In this document: in pieces, positions 18,632 through 29,110 of the stretch
Position numbering within the stretch: position 1 is the stretch's first letter
Layout of the letters: every line of letters begins with the position of its first letter
NCBI GenBank assembly: GCA_044070495.1
Contig: JBIPSI010000002.1
Span: 160,001-224,000 of the forward strand
Reading direction: 5' to 3'
Source: Spirulina sp.
GTDB lineage: Bacteria > Cyanobacteriota > Cyanobacteriia > Phormidesmidales > Phormidesmidaceae
Length of the DNA: 64,000 nucleotides
Notes under the pieces: generated by a model
Told to the model about the DNA's origin: nothing
Databases searched by the model: none
Seen by the model: only the letters and a program-made list of their open reading frames with translations
Program-made: the position numbers and the translations under genes

Positions 18632-19279
18632 ATGCTCGGTATGACTTTAGCCACCTCACAGATTCAGACCGATACCTGGGTAAACGCCACCTGGGAGGAT
18701 TTCACAACCATCATGGACGATCCTCAGTACGAGGAAGGACGGGGCTATTTTGATAATGGCTACATGAGAATTGAAATGGCTCCATTGGGTTCAGGGCACG
18801 GTAGGCAAAACTCTGTCGTATCCAAGGTCATCAGTTTGTTTGGGATGATTCGCAATCTGCGGTTAGTGGAGTTCACCAATTGCAGTTTCTATCAAGCTGG
18901 AGAACGGGGCTGTCAGCCAGATACCGCCTTTTACATTGGGGCTGATTTTCGGCTACCTCCCCAAGATAATTCGCCTATTGATGTGAATGTCTTTGGGCCA
19001 CCCACCCTCGCCATTGAAATCAGCGGCAGCACCTTTAAGGATGATTTGGGTGCCAAACGACTCCTGTATGAGCGGTTGGGCGTAGCGGAATACTGGGTGG
19101 TGAATGTGGCTGAACACGATGTTATTGCCTTTGCCGTTGCCGACCAGCGCAGTGGCGAAGTGCAGACTTCCACCGTATTGCCGGGGCTAGAGATAGGGCT
19201 GGTGGAAGAATCATTGCGCCGATCCACGGTCGAAGACGATAGCACGATCATGCGCTGGCTGATGGAACAGTGGCAGTAG
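18632..19279 (+). CDS. Uma2 family endonuclease
   Basis: IEMAPLGSGH, CQPDTAFYIG, PTLAIEIS, LGVAEYWVVNV. Confidence 0.9.
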   Translation: MLGMTLATSQIQTDTWVNATWEDFTTIMDDPQYEEGRGYFDNGYMRIEMAPLGSGHGRQNSVVSKVISLFGMIRNLRLVEFTNCSFYQAGERGCQPDTAFYIGADFRLPPQDNSPIDVNVFGPPTLAIEISGSTFKDDLGAKRLLYERLGVAEYWVVNVAEHDVIAFAVADQRSGEVQTSTVLPGLEIGLVEESLRRSTVEDDSTIMRWLMEQWQ

Positions 19280-19823
19280 CGTCAATCCTGAGTTTAGTTG
19301 GCGTCCCTTGTTTCGTAAACGCCCAAATGTCGCCCTTGTGCTGGGGGCCATAGCTAATATGAATCGGGCGATCTGTCCCGTAAAAATAGAGCGAATCAAA
19401 GGGCAACTCTTGGGCCACAATCCACCGCACTAGGTCATCGCTGGATAGGTCGAGAATTTTGAAGTCACAAGCGGCTCCCAAGCGTTCACAGTAGTAGCGT
19501 CCGTTGCGGTTCACCTCATGGGCCATGTGTTGATCCAGGCTGGGGGTGGCGATGCCGTACTTCTTCCCGGTGGTGGGGTCTTTCTTGGCCAACCAGCGCT
19601 TCAGGTCTGCCGAGCAAACGCCGTAGGTAAGCTGGAAGCGCTCTCGGCCAAATTCGTCCATGACTGGGTCAAGGATGACCTGACACAGCGCCTCCAGAGC
19701 AGGCAAGGTTTCCGCTAGATTTTTTGGGAAGGGATCAATCTGATCCGCAAACCGCTGGTAGGTCTGCGTGCAGGTGCAGAACTCGTCCAGGGTCAGATAC
19801 TTCCCTAGGGGCTGGATAGCCAA
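19248..19823 (-). CDS. Peptidase M15-like (hedgehog/DD-peptidase fold) protein
   Basis: LGKYLTLDEFC, LCQVILDPV, LTYG, DQHMAHE..GAACDF, FDSLYFYG..PIHISY (H..D..H). Confidence 0.6.
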   Translation of the reverse strand: MAIQPLGKYLTLDEFCTCTQTYQRFADQIDPFPKNLAETLPALEALCQVILDPVMDEFGRERFQLTYGVCSADLKRWLAKKDPTTGKKYGIATPSLDQHMAHEVNRNGRYYCERLGAACDFKILDLSSDDLVRWIVAQELPFDSLYFYGTDRPIHISYGPQHKGDIWAFTKQGTPTKLRIDATATVPSASA

Positions 19824-19973
19824 AGATCACGATCTCCTGGGTTGTTTTCTGGGTTGTTTTCCTCTTTCACCCTAGGGTAGATCCGCATAGCCGATCAGTC
19901 CTGGGAGTGCCGCGCTAGCACCATGGCCAAAAAAGACAAGGGGGCTGGATTCAAAGTCTCTCTCCCAGAACGG

Positions 19974-20140
19974 GCTACCGCTTATACATAAGTCTCCATG
20001 ACGCTGGATGCCTGGGGTCGATCCCCCCTAGCCCCCCTTGTGAAGGGGGAAACTGGATTCAAAGTCCCCCTTCACAAGGGGGCTTTAGGGGGATCTCCAA
20101 GGACTTGCCGCATGAAAACAAACTGTGTATGAACAGTAGC
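19974..20140. mobile_element. MITE, second copy of the 11356 family, inside a hairpin repeat
   Basis: GCTACCGCTTATACA ... TGTGTATGAACAGTAGC; internal gatcccccctagcccccctt...gggggatctccaaggacttg shared with 11356-11521. Confidence 0.8.
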
Positions 20141-20264
20141 CCGTTCTGGGAGAGGGATTTAGGGTGAAGGTTACAAAAGTGAGATGTCCCCCATTTCGAT
20201 CCCCTGAGTCCGAAGACCGATAAGCCGATAAAATGCTATGGAGTTGCTAAGTCCGTGCCAGGTC

Positions 20265-20774
20265 ATGGCCAAAAAGAGTGCAGGGCTGCTGATGTACCGC
20301 TTTTCTGCTCAAGGAATTGAGGTGTTATTGGTACATTCCGGTGGGCCATACTGGGTCAATCGCCAGTGGCAGGCGTGGTCAATCCCAAAGGGAGAAATTG
20401 ACCCTGGCGAAGACGCCTTTACCGCCGCCCAGCGGGAGTTCCAGGAAGAAACCGGACAGCGGCCTGAGGGTCAGTTTCAATCGTTGCGGGCCGTCCGTCA
20501 ATCGGGGGGTAAGCTGGTGTTTGCCTGGGCCTTTGAGGGCAACTTTGACCCCAACACCCTCCACAGCAACACCTTCACCCTAGAATGGCCCCCCAACTCT
20601 GGGCGGATGCGAGAATTTCCAGAGGTAGACCAAGCGGCCTGGTTTCCTTTAGAGGAAGCGAAACGGCGGATCATCAAAGCCCAAGCCCAATTTCTAGAGG
20701 AACTGGTTACCGTCCTCGCCCAGTCACCGTCCTCCGATGCCCCCACTCCCCCCCATCTTCCCCGTTGCACCTGA
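20265..20774 (+). CDS. NUDIX hydrolase
   Basis: [37 protein letters not shown]. Confidence 0.9.
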   Translation: MAKKSAGLLMYRFSAQGIEVLLVHSGGPYWVNRQWQAWSIPKGEIDPGEDAFTAAQREFQEETGQRPEGQFQSLRAVRQSGGKLVFAWAFEGNFDPNTLHSNTFTLEWPPNSGRMREFPEVDQAAWFPLEEAKRRIIKAQAQFLEELVTVLAQSPSSDAPTPPHLPRCT

Positions 20775-22051
20775 CTCACCTCCTACTCAAACACTTCCGC
20801 AACTACCGCGAACAATCGGTTTCCTTCACCGCCCCCAAAACCATCGTGGTGGGGGAAAATGCCCAGGGCAAATCGAACCTGTTAGAGGCGGTGGAACTGC
20901 TGGCTACCCTCAAATCCCACCGCACCAGCCGAGATCGAGACTTGGTACAGCGAGATCAGCCCCTGGCCCAGGTCAGTGCCTCGATTCAGCGAGATTTAGG
21001 GCAGTCAGACCTCTCCCTCGTGCTGCGCTCAGCGGGACGACGCACCGCCATCCTCAATGGCGAAAAGCTGCGGCGACAGTTGGATAGTCTCGGCACCCTA
21101 AATGCGGTGCAGTTCTCTAGCCTGGATCTCAATCTGGTACGGGGTGGCCCTGGAGAGCGACGCACTTGGCTGGATACCCTACTGGTGCAGCTAGAGCCGA
21201 TCTACGCCCACATCCTCAGTCAGTACAACCAAGTCCTAAAACAGCGTAATGCCCTGATCAAGCGGCTTTATGGTGATGGGGATCTTGGCGCAGCCCCCGA
21301 CCACACCGAACTCGCCCTCTGGGATGCCCAACTCGCCACCCTAGGCACCCACGTTATGCGCCGCCGAACCAGGGCCATCCAACGCCTTGCCCCCCTCGCC
21401 CAGGAATGGCACCAAGCCATCAGCGGCCAGCGGGAGACCCTGCACCTCCACTACCAGCCCAACGTCCCCCTCCCAGATTCTCCAACTTCTCCGTACGGGC
21501 GCACCGCAGTGCGCCCCAACCCAGAGGTTCCCAACCCAGAGGCTCCCAATTCAGATGATCTCAATTCAGACGATCCCCCGTACGGGCGCACCGCAGTGCA
21601 CCCCAACCCAGAGGCTCCCAACCCTGGGCATTCTGCCCAGGGAGAGGCCCAGGGCATTCAGGCCAATTTTCTGGCCAAAATCCAGCAGCGGGCCATCGCA
21701 GAACAACACCAGCGCACCTCCCTGGTTGGCCCCCACCGGGATGACATTGACCTGATCATCAACGACACCCCCAGCCGCCAGTACGGTTCCCAGGGGCAGC
21801 AGCGCACCCTGGTGTTGGCCCTCAAGCTGGCGGAACTTCACCTGATTGAATCGGTGATTGGCGAGCCGCCCCTGCTGCTGTTGGATGATGTGCTGGCGGA
21901 ACTCGATCTCCACCGCCAAAATCAACTCCTAGAGGCGATTCAGGATCGGTTTCAAACCATCATCACCACCACCCATTTGGGGTCCTTTGATAGCCAGTGG
22001 ATGAATACCTCCCAAATTCTCACGGTGCGTCAGGGCCAAATTCTCGAATGA
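20765..22051 (+). CDS. recF: DNA replication and repair protein RecF
   Basis: [45 protein letters not shown] start at 20765 inferred. Confidence 0.95.
   Translation: MHLTHLLLKHFRNYREQSVSFTAPKTIVVGENAQGKSNLLEAVELLATLKSHRTSRDRDLVQRDQPLAQVSASIQRDLGQSDLSLVLRSAGRRTAILNGEKLRRQLDSLGTLNAVQFSSLDLNLVRGGPGERRTWLDTLLVQLEPIYAHILSQYNQVLKQRNALIKRLYGDGDLGAAPDHTELALWDAQLATLGTHVMRRRTRAIQRLAPLAQEWHQAISGQRETLHLHYQPNVPLPDSPTSPYGRTAVRPNPEVPNPEAPNSDDLNSDDPPYGRTAVHPNPEAPNPGHSAQGEAQGIQANFLAKIQQRAIAEQHQRTSLVGPHRDDIDLIINDTPSRQYGSQGQQRTLVLALKLAELHLIESVIGEPPLLLLDDVLAELDLHRQNQLLEAIQDRFQTIITTTHLGSFDSQWMNTSQILTVRQGQILE
21491..21624. repeat. Two 37-bp REP-like units plus 15-bp tandem units in frame in recF
   Basis: ccgtacgggcgcaccgcagtgc(g/a)ccccaacccagagg at 21491-21527 and 21578-21614. 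Confidence 0.85.
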
Positions 22052-22486
22052 GCCTTTATGTCGCGCATTTGCACATAGCGGATTTCACCGGAATGAGGCG
22101 CACTGGGAAGATCCAACCCTGTCAAGGGGGCTAACGATTCCCCAAACGCCCATAGACTCAGGGACTCCAGCCACGACCACCAGGTAATCAATTCCCTGGC
22201 TGATCGCAAATGTCTGCTAAAGCAGACCGGGGAATTCGGATCCCAATCCTCTTTAGAGGATTTCAGCCTTGAGCCAAGGACTTCTAGTCCTTGACTGATC
22301 TGCTGGATCTGAAGCCCCACAATGTGTAGCTCTCTGAACCAAGAACCGCCCTAGAGCAAGCCATGAACCATGGATTCAATGGGTCATCAATTCAATGGGC
22401 CATCCTCTGAAAAACCATTTCATTGGTTCAATTTCCCCCATTTCGTCTACGATCCCATTCATTCCGGCCTGGTGGGAGGAGGAGTT

Positions 22487-23893
22487 ATGGGACGACGGAT
22501 CGGCGGACGGTGGATCGGCGTCAGCGAGAGGTCTGCCATGGCGGTTGTGGGTTTGGCCACGGCGAGCTGGGTGGGCATTACGCTACCCGCCCTCAGTCCT
22601 GGCATGGAAATCTCGTCGCCCGAAGCGGCCCTATCGTCGCCGCCCCAGTCCTTAACGGATCTCTATCAGCTTCGGGATCAACTTCAGAATCAGCTTCAGG
22701 CCCCCCAGCCATCGCCACTGCCCTTATCCCTAGGGCAGCCTCCTAGGGGCAACCCCACAACCGTCACCACCCTTGATCCAGCGGATCAGCTTTGGGCTGT
22801 TCATCACCGCATTCGCCATGAGGAATTGGCCCAGAGCCTTTGGCAGCAAGCCGCTCGACAAGGGGATCAGGCCTATGCCCTGGGGGATGCCACCACCCTA
22901 CCCGATGAGATCGTTCCCGTAGCCTATGCCCAATGGCAACAGACCCTTTATACGCTCAGCCAGGTGCCGCCAACCTCTTTCGTAGCCCCCGCCGCCGCTA
23001 CCCAAGCCGCCCTCTACCGCCAGCAGTTAGCCACCCTAGCCTATCGCTACGACACCCTGCGGTCGGAGTTTTTGTTTACGATTGCGAATCAGGTCGGTGA
23101 TGCCTCACGGGTACGGATCACCGTGTGCAATCTTCAGCGGGAATGTCGGCGCTGGCAGGGAAACCGCCCCCCGGCAAACCCCGCCAGTCTGATCAAAGTT
23201 CCCGTAGCCGTAGCGCTGATGGCAAAGCTACAGCAGGAAGGGGTCGATCCCCAAGTCGGCCTGTGGGTTAACCCCAGCAACTGGACGGAGGATGCGGGCT
23301 GGATTCGGGTGCGGTCACAGTATGCCGTTGAACAGGTTATGGCCGACATGATTAGCCGTAGCGGCAACGTGGCGACCAACCAACTGATTGACTACCTGGG
23401 CTGGGAGGGGGTGAATCAATCCCTCCAAGCCCAGGGCTACACCTCCACCCGCATTACCACCAAACTGGTGGGCGACAAAACCTACCCCGCCAACCGAGGC
23501 TTTGCCCCCAACCAACTCACCACCGATGAACTGACGGACATGATGGTGGGGATTTATAACCAGGAATATCCTGGCAGCGATGCCATCCAAGCGGCCCTAG
23601 CCAACCAAGTAGATATTCGGCTGGGCAAAACCGCCCTACGGCCCCCAATGATTTGGCTGGGGGAAAAAACGGGCCGCAATTCCCAGGTGATTGGCAGCAC
23701 CACCGCCGTCCTGATTGGGGGGAAACCCTACATCATCACCGCCACTCTGGATCACAGCGGCAACGAAGCCGCCCTGCGTTCCGTTATGGCGGATGTTGCC
23801 GAACACATCCTGACCCACCACGGGTTTGATTCCCTGGGGCTAGCCTTCCCTCCCACCCAGCCGCCCCTCCCGTCACGGGCCTTCCTACCTTAG
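22487..23893 (+). CDS. Serine hydrolase with class A beta-lactamase-like C-terminal domain
   Basis: PASLIKVP (SxxK), SGN, EKTG; start chosen after GGAGGAG. Confidence 0.8.
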   Translation: MGRRIGGRWIGVSERSAMAVVGLATASWVGITLPALSPGMEISSPEAALSSPPQSLTDLYQLRDQLQNQLQAPQPSPLPLSLGQPPRGNPTTVTTLDPADQLWAVHHRIRHEELAQSLWQQAARQGDQAYALGDATTLPDEIVPVAYAQWQQTLYTLSQVPPTSFVAPAAATQAALYRQQLATLAYRYDTLRSEFLFTIANQVGDASRVRITVCNLQRECRRWQGNRPPANPASLIKVPVAVALMAKLQQEGVDPQVGLWVNPSNWTEDAGWIRVRSQYAVEQVMADMISRSGNVATNQLIDYLGWEGVNQSLQAQGYTSTRITTKLVGDKTYPANRGFAPNQLTTDELTDMMVGIYNQEYPGSDAIQAALANQVDIRLGKTALRPPMIWLGEKTGRNSQVIGSTTAVLIGGKPYIITATLDHSGNEAALRSVMADVAEHILTHHGFDSLGLAFPPTQPPLPSRAFLP

Positions 23894-24106
23894 CTCACGA
23901 CCATCGCTACCCGATCCCGCCATTATCCCGACCGACCAAAGGTTCGCTCCACCTCCGAAGTAAAGGCCCAGGTCCTTTGTCCTGATCGCTGAATCTGATC
24001 GCTGAACGGGACTATTTTTTGCTGCGGGAGCAAAATTGTAACGAGAGTGGCGTCACGTAACTTAAAACTTCGTTAGCATTATTAATGACGAGCTTAAGTT
24101 TTATCA

Positions 24107-24664
24107 ATGACCCTCACTGCTCCACAACGCGTTCTATCCCTAGCTGGGCTAGCCCTTAAGCCCAACGCCTCTCCTCAGGCCTCCTTTCAGATTGCTTGGA
24201 CAATTCTGAGAATGGTGGCCGGAATCGTAATGATTCATAACGGTCTTGACAAACTTTCTAATATTGAGAGCTTTGCCGAGGCCTATGTAGCCTACTTAGG
24301 GTTGCCCTTCCCTATCACCCTCAGCTACCTCGCTGCTTTCACTGAACTGTTGGGAGCTCCCCTCGTTGCCCTAGGCTTGTTCACTCGCCCAGCCGCCCTA
24401 GGGTTGTTTTTCACCATGGTGGTGGCCATGTATCACCACATCAAGGTGGCGGGCTTGAGCATTCCCTACCTGGAACTGTCGGCCCTGTATGCGGCCACAT
24501 TCCTGTTCTTTGTGACAAATGGCGCTGGACGGTTCTCGGTGGACGCCTGGGTTACCCGCCGGATCACCGGGATGCAGACCGACCAAGCAGCGGATCAGCG
24601 GGAGTCCCTAGAAACGGCTTTCCAGCGCTCTGGTCTGCCCGAAGCCGAAACCCCCACTCGCTAG
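24107..24664 (+). CDS. DoxX family membrane protein
   Basis: LRMVAG..IHNGLDK, ELLGAPLVALGLFTR, GAGRFSVD. Confidence 0.88.
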   Translation: MTLTAPQRVLSLAGLALKPNASPQASFQIAWTILRMVAGIVMIHNGLDKLSNIESFAEAYVAYLGLPFPITLSYLAAFTELLGAPLVALGLFTRPAALGLFFTMVVAMYHHIKVAGLSIPYLELSALYAATFLFFVTNGAGRFSVDAWVTRRITGMQTDQAADQRESLETAFQRSGLPEAETPTR

Positions 24665-24693
24665 GAGTCACTGATCGCCCCAAGGGCCTAGCC

Positions 24694-26202
24694 TCAGCGA
24701 CGGCCCAATAGCCAATAGGTTGCCATGGAGCCACGTCCTTTAACGACTACGTGGCCCCTTGGCTCAAACAAGAATTGATCCTTCAGTTTTTCGTACAGTT
24801 CCGGCGTCACCTGAATGCGCTGGGGTTCTCCGGTAGCCTCCATGCGGCTGGCTAGGTTGACTGTATCGCCCCAGAGATCGTAGGCGAATTTTCGTTTGCC
24901 AATCACGCCCGCCACCACTGGGCCAGTGCTAATGCCGATGCGAATCCTAAAGCCTTGACCATCGGGCCTAGGAAACCGCTGAATCGCATCCCGAATATCG
25001 ATGGCAAACTGGGCAATGGCGGCATCGTGGTTATCCTGGGGCGTGGGCAATCCTCCCGCCACCATATAGGCATCGCCAATGGTTTTGATCTTTTCGAGGT
25101 GGTAAACCTCCGCCAATTGGTCAAACATAGAAAAGACCTCATTGAGCAGTTTCACCAGGTGGCGAGGGCTCATTTCTGTCGAAGCTGCCGTAAAGTCCAC
25201 CAAATCCGCAAACAGCACACTGACATGGTCGAGACTTTCGGCGATGGTGCGCGACCCAGACTTTAGCCGTTGGGCAATGCGATAGGGCAGGATGTTGACC
25301 AATAATCGATCTGCCTGCTGCCGCTGTTGCCGCAGTTCATCCTCCATCTGGCGACGTTCGCTAATGTCGTGAACGATGCCCTCGTAGTAAAGAAGCTGGC
25401 CTTCCTCATCAAAGACGCGCCAAATGTCTTCACTGATCCAAAAGCGACTGCCGTCCTGGCGAAAAACCTCAGACTCAGCGTCGGTAATTTTGTCAAAACG
25501 GCCTAGGTAAACCATCAACTCCTCCCGCCGCTTTGACTGCACGTAGATCTGACGGCCAATATTCTCCACAGCGGCGATCATGGTTTCGGCGGAGTCATAA
25601 CCGAAGAGACGCGCCATGGAGGGATTAACGCTGAGAAACTGGCCACCTGCACTGGCCTTAAAGATGCCAACGGTCGAATTTTCAAAGATACTACGGTAAT
25701 TCAGTTCCGCGACCTGTCGGGCTTTTTCGATCCGGACGCGCTCCTCAACTTCCCGCTGAAGCTGATAGTTTTTTTGGTAAAGCTGCCGCCGCTGCTGGGC
25801 TAGATAAATCTGGTTTTGCACCCGCACCAGCACCTCTTGCACCGCAAAGGGCTTAGCAATATAGTCAGCGGCCCCCGATTGAAAGGCCTTCACCTTATCC
25901 AAGGAATCGGCCAAAGAACTCAGAAAAATGACCGGAATATCCCGAGTCGCTGGATTTTTCTTAATCTGTTGGCATAGGCTGTAGCCATCTAAGTCAGGCA
26001 ACACAATGTCCAACAAAATCAGATCAGGAGGTTGCTCAGCAATCGTGGCGAGCCCAACCTCTGCGTTGGCGGCTTCGCGTAGCCGATAGCCCTGCTGGGT
26101 CAACAATCGAGATAGAAGACGCCGCGTATCTCCGTCATCGTCAATAATGACTAGATCTATCGATGGAGGGGCGAGATCAAGCGATGGAGCCGCGTCTTTC
26201 AC
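24694..26202 (-). CDS. REC-PAS class III adenylate/guanylate cyclase
   Basis: PDLILLD receiver, PAS, VLFADLVDFT, KIKTIGDAYM, YDLWGDTVNLASRME. Confidence 0.93.
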   Translation of the reverse strand: MKDAAPSLDLAPPSIDLVIIDDDGDTRRLLSRLLTQQGYRLREAANAEVGLATIAEQPPDLILLDIVLPDLDGYSLCQQIKKNPATRDIPVIFLSSLADSLDKVKAFQSGAADYIAKPFAVQEVLVRVQNQIYLAQQRRQLYQKNYQLQREVEERVRIEKARQVAELNYRSIFENSTVGIFKASAGGQFLSVNPSMARLFGYDSAETMIAAVENIGRQIYVQSKRREELMVYLGRFDKITDAESEVFRQDGSRFWISEDIWRVFDEEGQLLYYEGIVHDISERRQMEDELRQQRQQADRLLVNILPYRIAQRLKSGSRTIAESLDHVSVLFADLVDFTAASTEMSPRHLVKLLNEVFSMFDQLAEVYHLEKIKTIGDAYMVAGGLPTPQDNHDAAIAQFAIDIRDAIQRFPRPDGQGFRIRIGISTGPVVAGVIGKRKFAYDLWGDTVNLASRMEATGEPQRIQVTPELYEKLKDQFLFEPRGHVVVKGRGSMATYWLLGRR

Positions 26203-26350
26203 TCAGAACAATCTACCCAGCGAGTTGAAGTTTAACGCAAGACCTAGACAGAGACGCATCCGTGGGACACACAGACTTGCCTTTCCTGTCTGGCTATCCT
26301 ACTGGTCAAGTCCAGCCTGGTCAAGCTTAGCTAGAGTAAGCATATCAATG

Positions 26351-27436
26351 CTAACGGATCCGGAGACTTTGTCCCGTATTTCGGTAACCACTGACAAAGC
26401 CCTGGCGAAACACCACCTCACTATCCCCAAACTGCCAAATTTCCTCACAGCGATTATCGTTACGAGTAATGGCGCTAGGGGGCTGCTGCTGCACCCTCAA
26501 AACTTCTCCCCGACTCGATCCAATGGTCCACTGGTCAGGGGAAGAGGCCGGTAGGGCAGACTCCGCTAGGGTCAAAGACACCTTGAGGATGCGATCAACA
26601 TCCAGGTAGCCAATTACGTAATCGTCCTCAAACAGCACAGAGCTTTGGCCAAAATAAAGCGTATAGTGACGATCTGAAGCATAATATTGCTCCGTGCGGG
26701 ACGGTGCCCCCTCAATCCGAAGCACCTCCGACTGGTGACTCCCCATGGTCCAACTCTGGGGAGTAGCCTGGGTCGATTGTACCAGCGGTGCATCGGCTAA
26801 ACTACGCAGATTCCCCTCAAGGTTGGCGTACTGCCTCACATAACCGTTCTTGAGATCGACTGTGCTGTTACCGTAGTGCAGAATTTCTTGGCAGGAGGCA
26901 TCATACCGCAGCACCCGGGACGGGACACCTTGAATCGCCACCACCCAGTCTCGATCTGACCCCACCGTCCAGTACGTCGGATCCGCTGGGGCACGGGGGG
27001 GACGACTGCGGACATTGCTCTCCGCATACTGGGCATTGCGGCTATATTCAGCAATTTTTTGATCGGCGATGGCATAGTTAGGATGGTTCTTGGGCACCGC
27101 CTTCAGGGCTGTGGTAGCTTGCTGCCAGAGCCACAAAACCTCTACCCACTCCTCCTGAAATTCCGCCGTTTGAGTCAATTCGGCAGCCGCCATGGCCTGG
27201 TGAGTGGCCTTTTGGAAAGGATCATCCGTTTCCAAAGACGTTGTATCGGCTCGCCTTGGCCAAGACCAAGGCGTTTCTGACCAGACAAATAAAGCCGTTG
27301 CCCCCCCAATCCCGACGGCTATACCCAAGAGCCCCCAAGTGACGCGCTCAATCAAGGTTTGCCCCCGCCGCCGTAACTGCACGGTGTAGAGGGCTTGGGG
27401 TTGATCGCCTTCCAGTTCAGGATGATGATGGGGCAT
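26351..27436 (-). CDS. Membrane-anchored hypothetical protein with three WTxGS (SmpA/BamE-like) repeats
   Basis: One TM helix; WTVGS..QGVPS, WTMGS..EGAPS, WTIGS..QQPPS. Confidence 0.65.
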   Translation of the reverse strand: MPHHHPELEGDQPQALYTVQLRRRGQTLIERVTWGLLGIAVGIGGATALFVWSETPWSWPRRADTTSLETDDPFQKATHQAMAAAELTQTAEFQEEWVEVLWLWQQATTALKAVPKNHPNYAIADQKIAEYSRNAQYAESNVRSRPPRAPADPTYWTVGSDRDWVVAIQGVPSRVLRYDASCQEILHYGNSTVDLKNGYVRQYANLEGNLRSLADAPLVQSTQATPQSWTMGSHQSEVLRIEGAPSRTEQYYASDRHYTLYFGQSSVLFEDDYVIGYLDVDRILKVSLTLAESALPASSPDQWTIGSSRGEVLRVQQQPPSAITRNDNRCEEIWQFGDSEVVFRQGFVSGYRNTGQSLRIR

Positions 27437-27557
27437 AGGACGGCAACATTGGAGGCACGCAGATAGACATGGAGGAATGCTTGGGACGATAACGCTTTCT
27501 TAATTCAGCGATTTACCAGAGTCAGCGAACAGCTAGGGGCTATTGTCTGTACTAGCG

Positions 27558-28871
27558 CTAGCTATCTATCGCCCAACGAGAGTCTGACGACCAGAGATCC
27601 ACCCCACGGGTCAAGCGTTCAAAATCGCAGTTAACCGATAACGTCACAGCAATAAACAACACCCAACCAAGAGAATTCTGACTAATTAAGGCTGTCTCCG
27701 TAAGGTTCACAATAACGGTATACACGAGGAGGGCCAATGGCCACACATAAACCCAGTTAAATTGATGCCGAAGGATGAAGACAATCTTGATAATCGAGTT
27801 CCAAAGTAGCAGGAAGAATAGCGAAAATCCCACAAAACCAAGATCAAGCCAAAGATCCAAAAAACCATTGTGAGAACTTGGAACACGCCAACGAACGGCC
27901 AAAATCATATCTAAGGACTCTCCATTTAAGCCGTGCCAAAACCCGTTGAAACCATACCCCAGCCAGGGCCGTTCTTGGATTTTGGCAAGGCTCATAGGCC
28001 AAATATCGGTTCTCCCAGTCAGCGTCATATCTTTACCCAGTGCCTCCACAACCGCCTGGGCCATTGGTAGAAACCACTGAGTTAGTGCAAAGATAACCGC
28101 AGCTAACAGCAGCAATGAGAAAATAAGGTCTTTCCCACGGAGTTGAATAACCTGTGTTGAAAGCACAATGGACATCAACATGATCCCATTGAGCAGCGAA
28201 GAAGACGAATCAGACAAGATCACTAGCGCAAAGCTCGAGCCCACGCCAACCCATGGCCACCAATTTCCAGGCCTTGCGCTCTTCGCATAGATCAAGAAAG
28301 CTGCAACACTCAGAACCATGGCCTTTCCAAACATATTCTTATGGGTATAAATCCCTCGCATAGACCCTGCGTGAACTCCACCCATCACTCCATACTTAGG
28401 TAACAGAATGATAAAAAAGATACTCAGAACGATAGAAAGGCCAAACATATAACATATTAGCCTCAGTTGTTCCCTTAGGGTAAATCGACTGGCCAGGTAA
28501 ATACCAAAAAATGTAGTACCAATCATACGCATGGAGGCCGCAATCGTTTGATCAGGCATAGCTGACCAGAAATAGGATATTGGCAGAAGCGCCATTAGCG
28601 CAAAGAAAAGATAATGACCGTTAAGAAACTGTATAGTTTTTCTCCACCTTAACGCTAGGAGAGCCGTAACCGTTAGATAGTTCAACAGGAAGCAAAGCCG
28701 GTTGAGGGTGAAGTCAGCGGTGCTAAGGTCAAAACCATCCCCCTCGCTAGCACCACCCGTTAACACGACAGGCAGCAACGCAGCAGAATATAAGAAGAGT
28801 GACAGTACGGTAAAAACCTTCTCGAACCTGTCCAGCCAGTTCTTCAGATTGATATGACTTAAGTAATCCAT
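27558..28871 (-). CDS. O-antigen ligase/Wzy polymerase family protein
   Basis: Multi-TM; RGIYTHKN, TLTGRTDIW, PWLGYG, SHNGFLD. Confidence 0.88.
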   Translation of the reverse strand: MDYLSHINLKNWLDRFEKVFTVLSLFLYSAALLPVVLTGGASEGDGFDLSTADFTLNRLCFLLNYLTVTALLALRWRKTIQFLNGHYLFFALMALLPISYFWSAMPDQTIAASMRMIGTTFFGIYLASRFTLREQLRLICYMFGLSIVLSIFFIILLPKYGVMGGVHAGSMRGIYTHKNMFGKAMVLSVAAFLIYAKSARPGNWWPWVGVGSSFALVILSDSSSSLLNGIMLMSIVLSTQVIQLRGKDLIFSLLLLAAVIFALTQWFLPMAQAVVEALGKDMTLTGRTDIWPMSLAKIQERPWLGYGFNGFWHGLNGESLDMILAVRWRVPSSHNGFLDLWLDLGFVGFSLFFLLLWNSIIKIVFILRHQFNWVYVWPLALLVYTVIVNLTETALISQNSLGWVLFIAVTLSVNCDFERLTRGVDLWSSDSRWAIDS

Positions 28872-29110
28872 AGAATAAATCCAACAACATCAAAATATTT
28901 TTTATCGAAGCCGACGTGCATCCAAGTTGGATATTATGACTATTGACTCACTCTAAAGCTCTTAATCTAAAGAATTCCAGAGTAACCCTACCAGTTTGTT
29001 CCAGATAATTAACAGCTTACGGTGTATCCATGGTTGTTTTTTCAATCTGAATTTGAAGATCTTGACGACGATGAGATAAACATAGATTTCTCTGAAAAAA
29101 GCACCTATTT

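Noticed and set aside
19837..19860. CTGGGTTGTTTT tandem duplication as island right end
   Set aside because: No match to the left-edge repeat; probably slippage
20585..20764. 60-aa N-terminal extension of RecF
   Set aside because: Lies within the NUDIX gene; RecF homology starts near 20765
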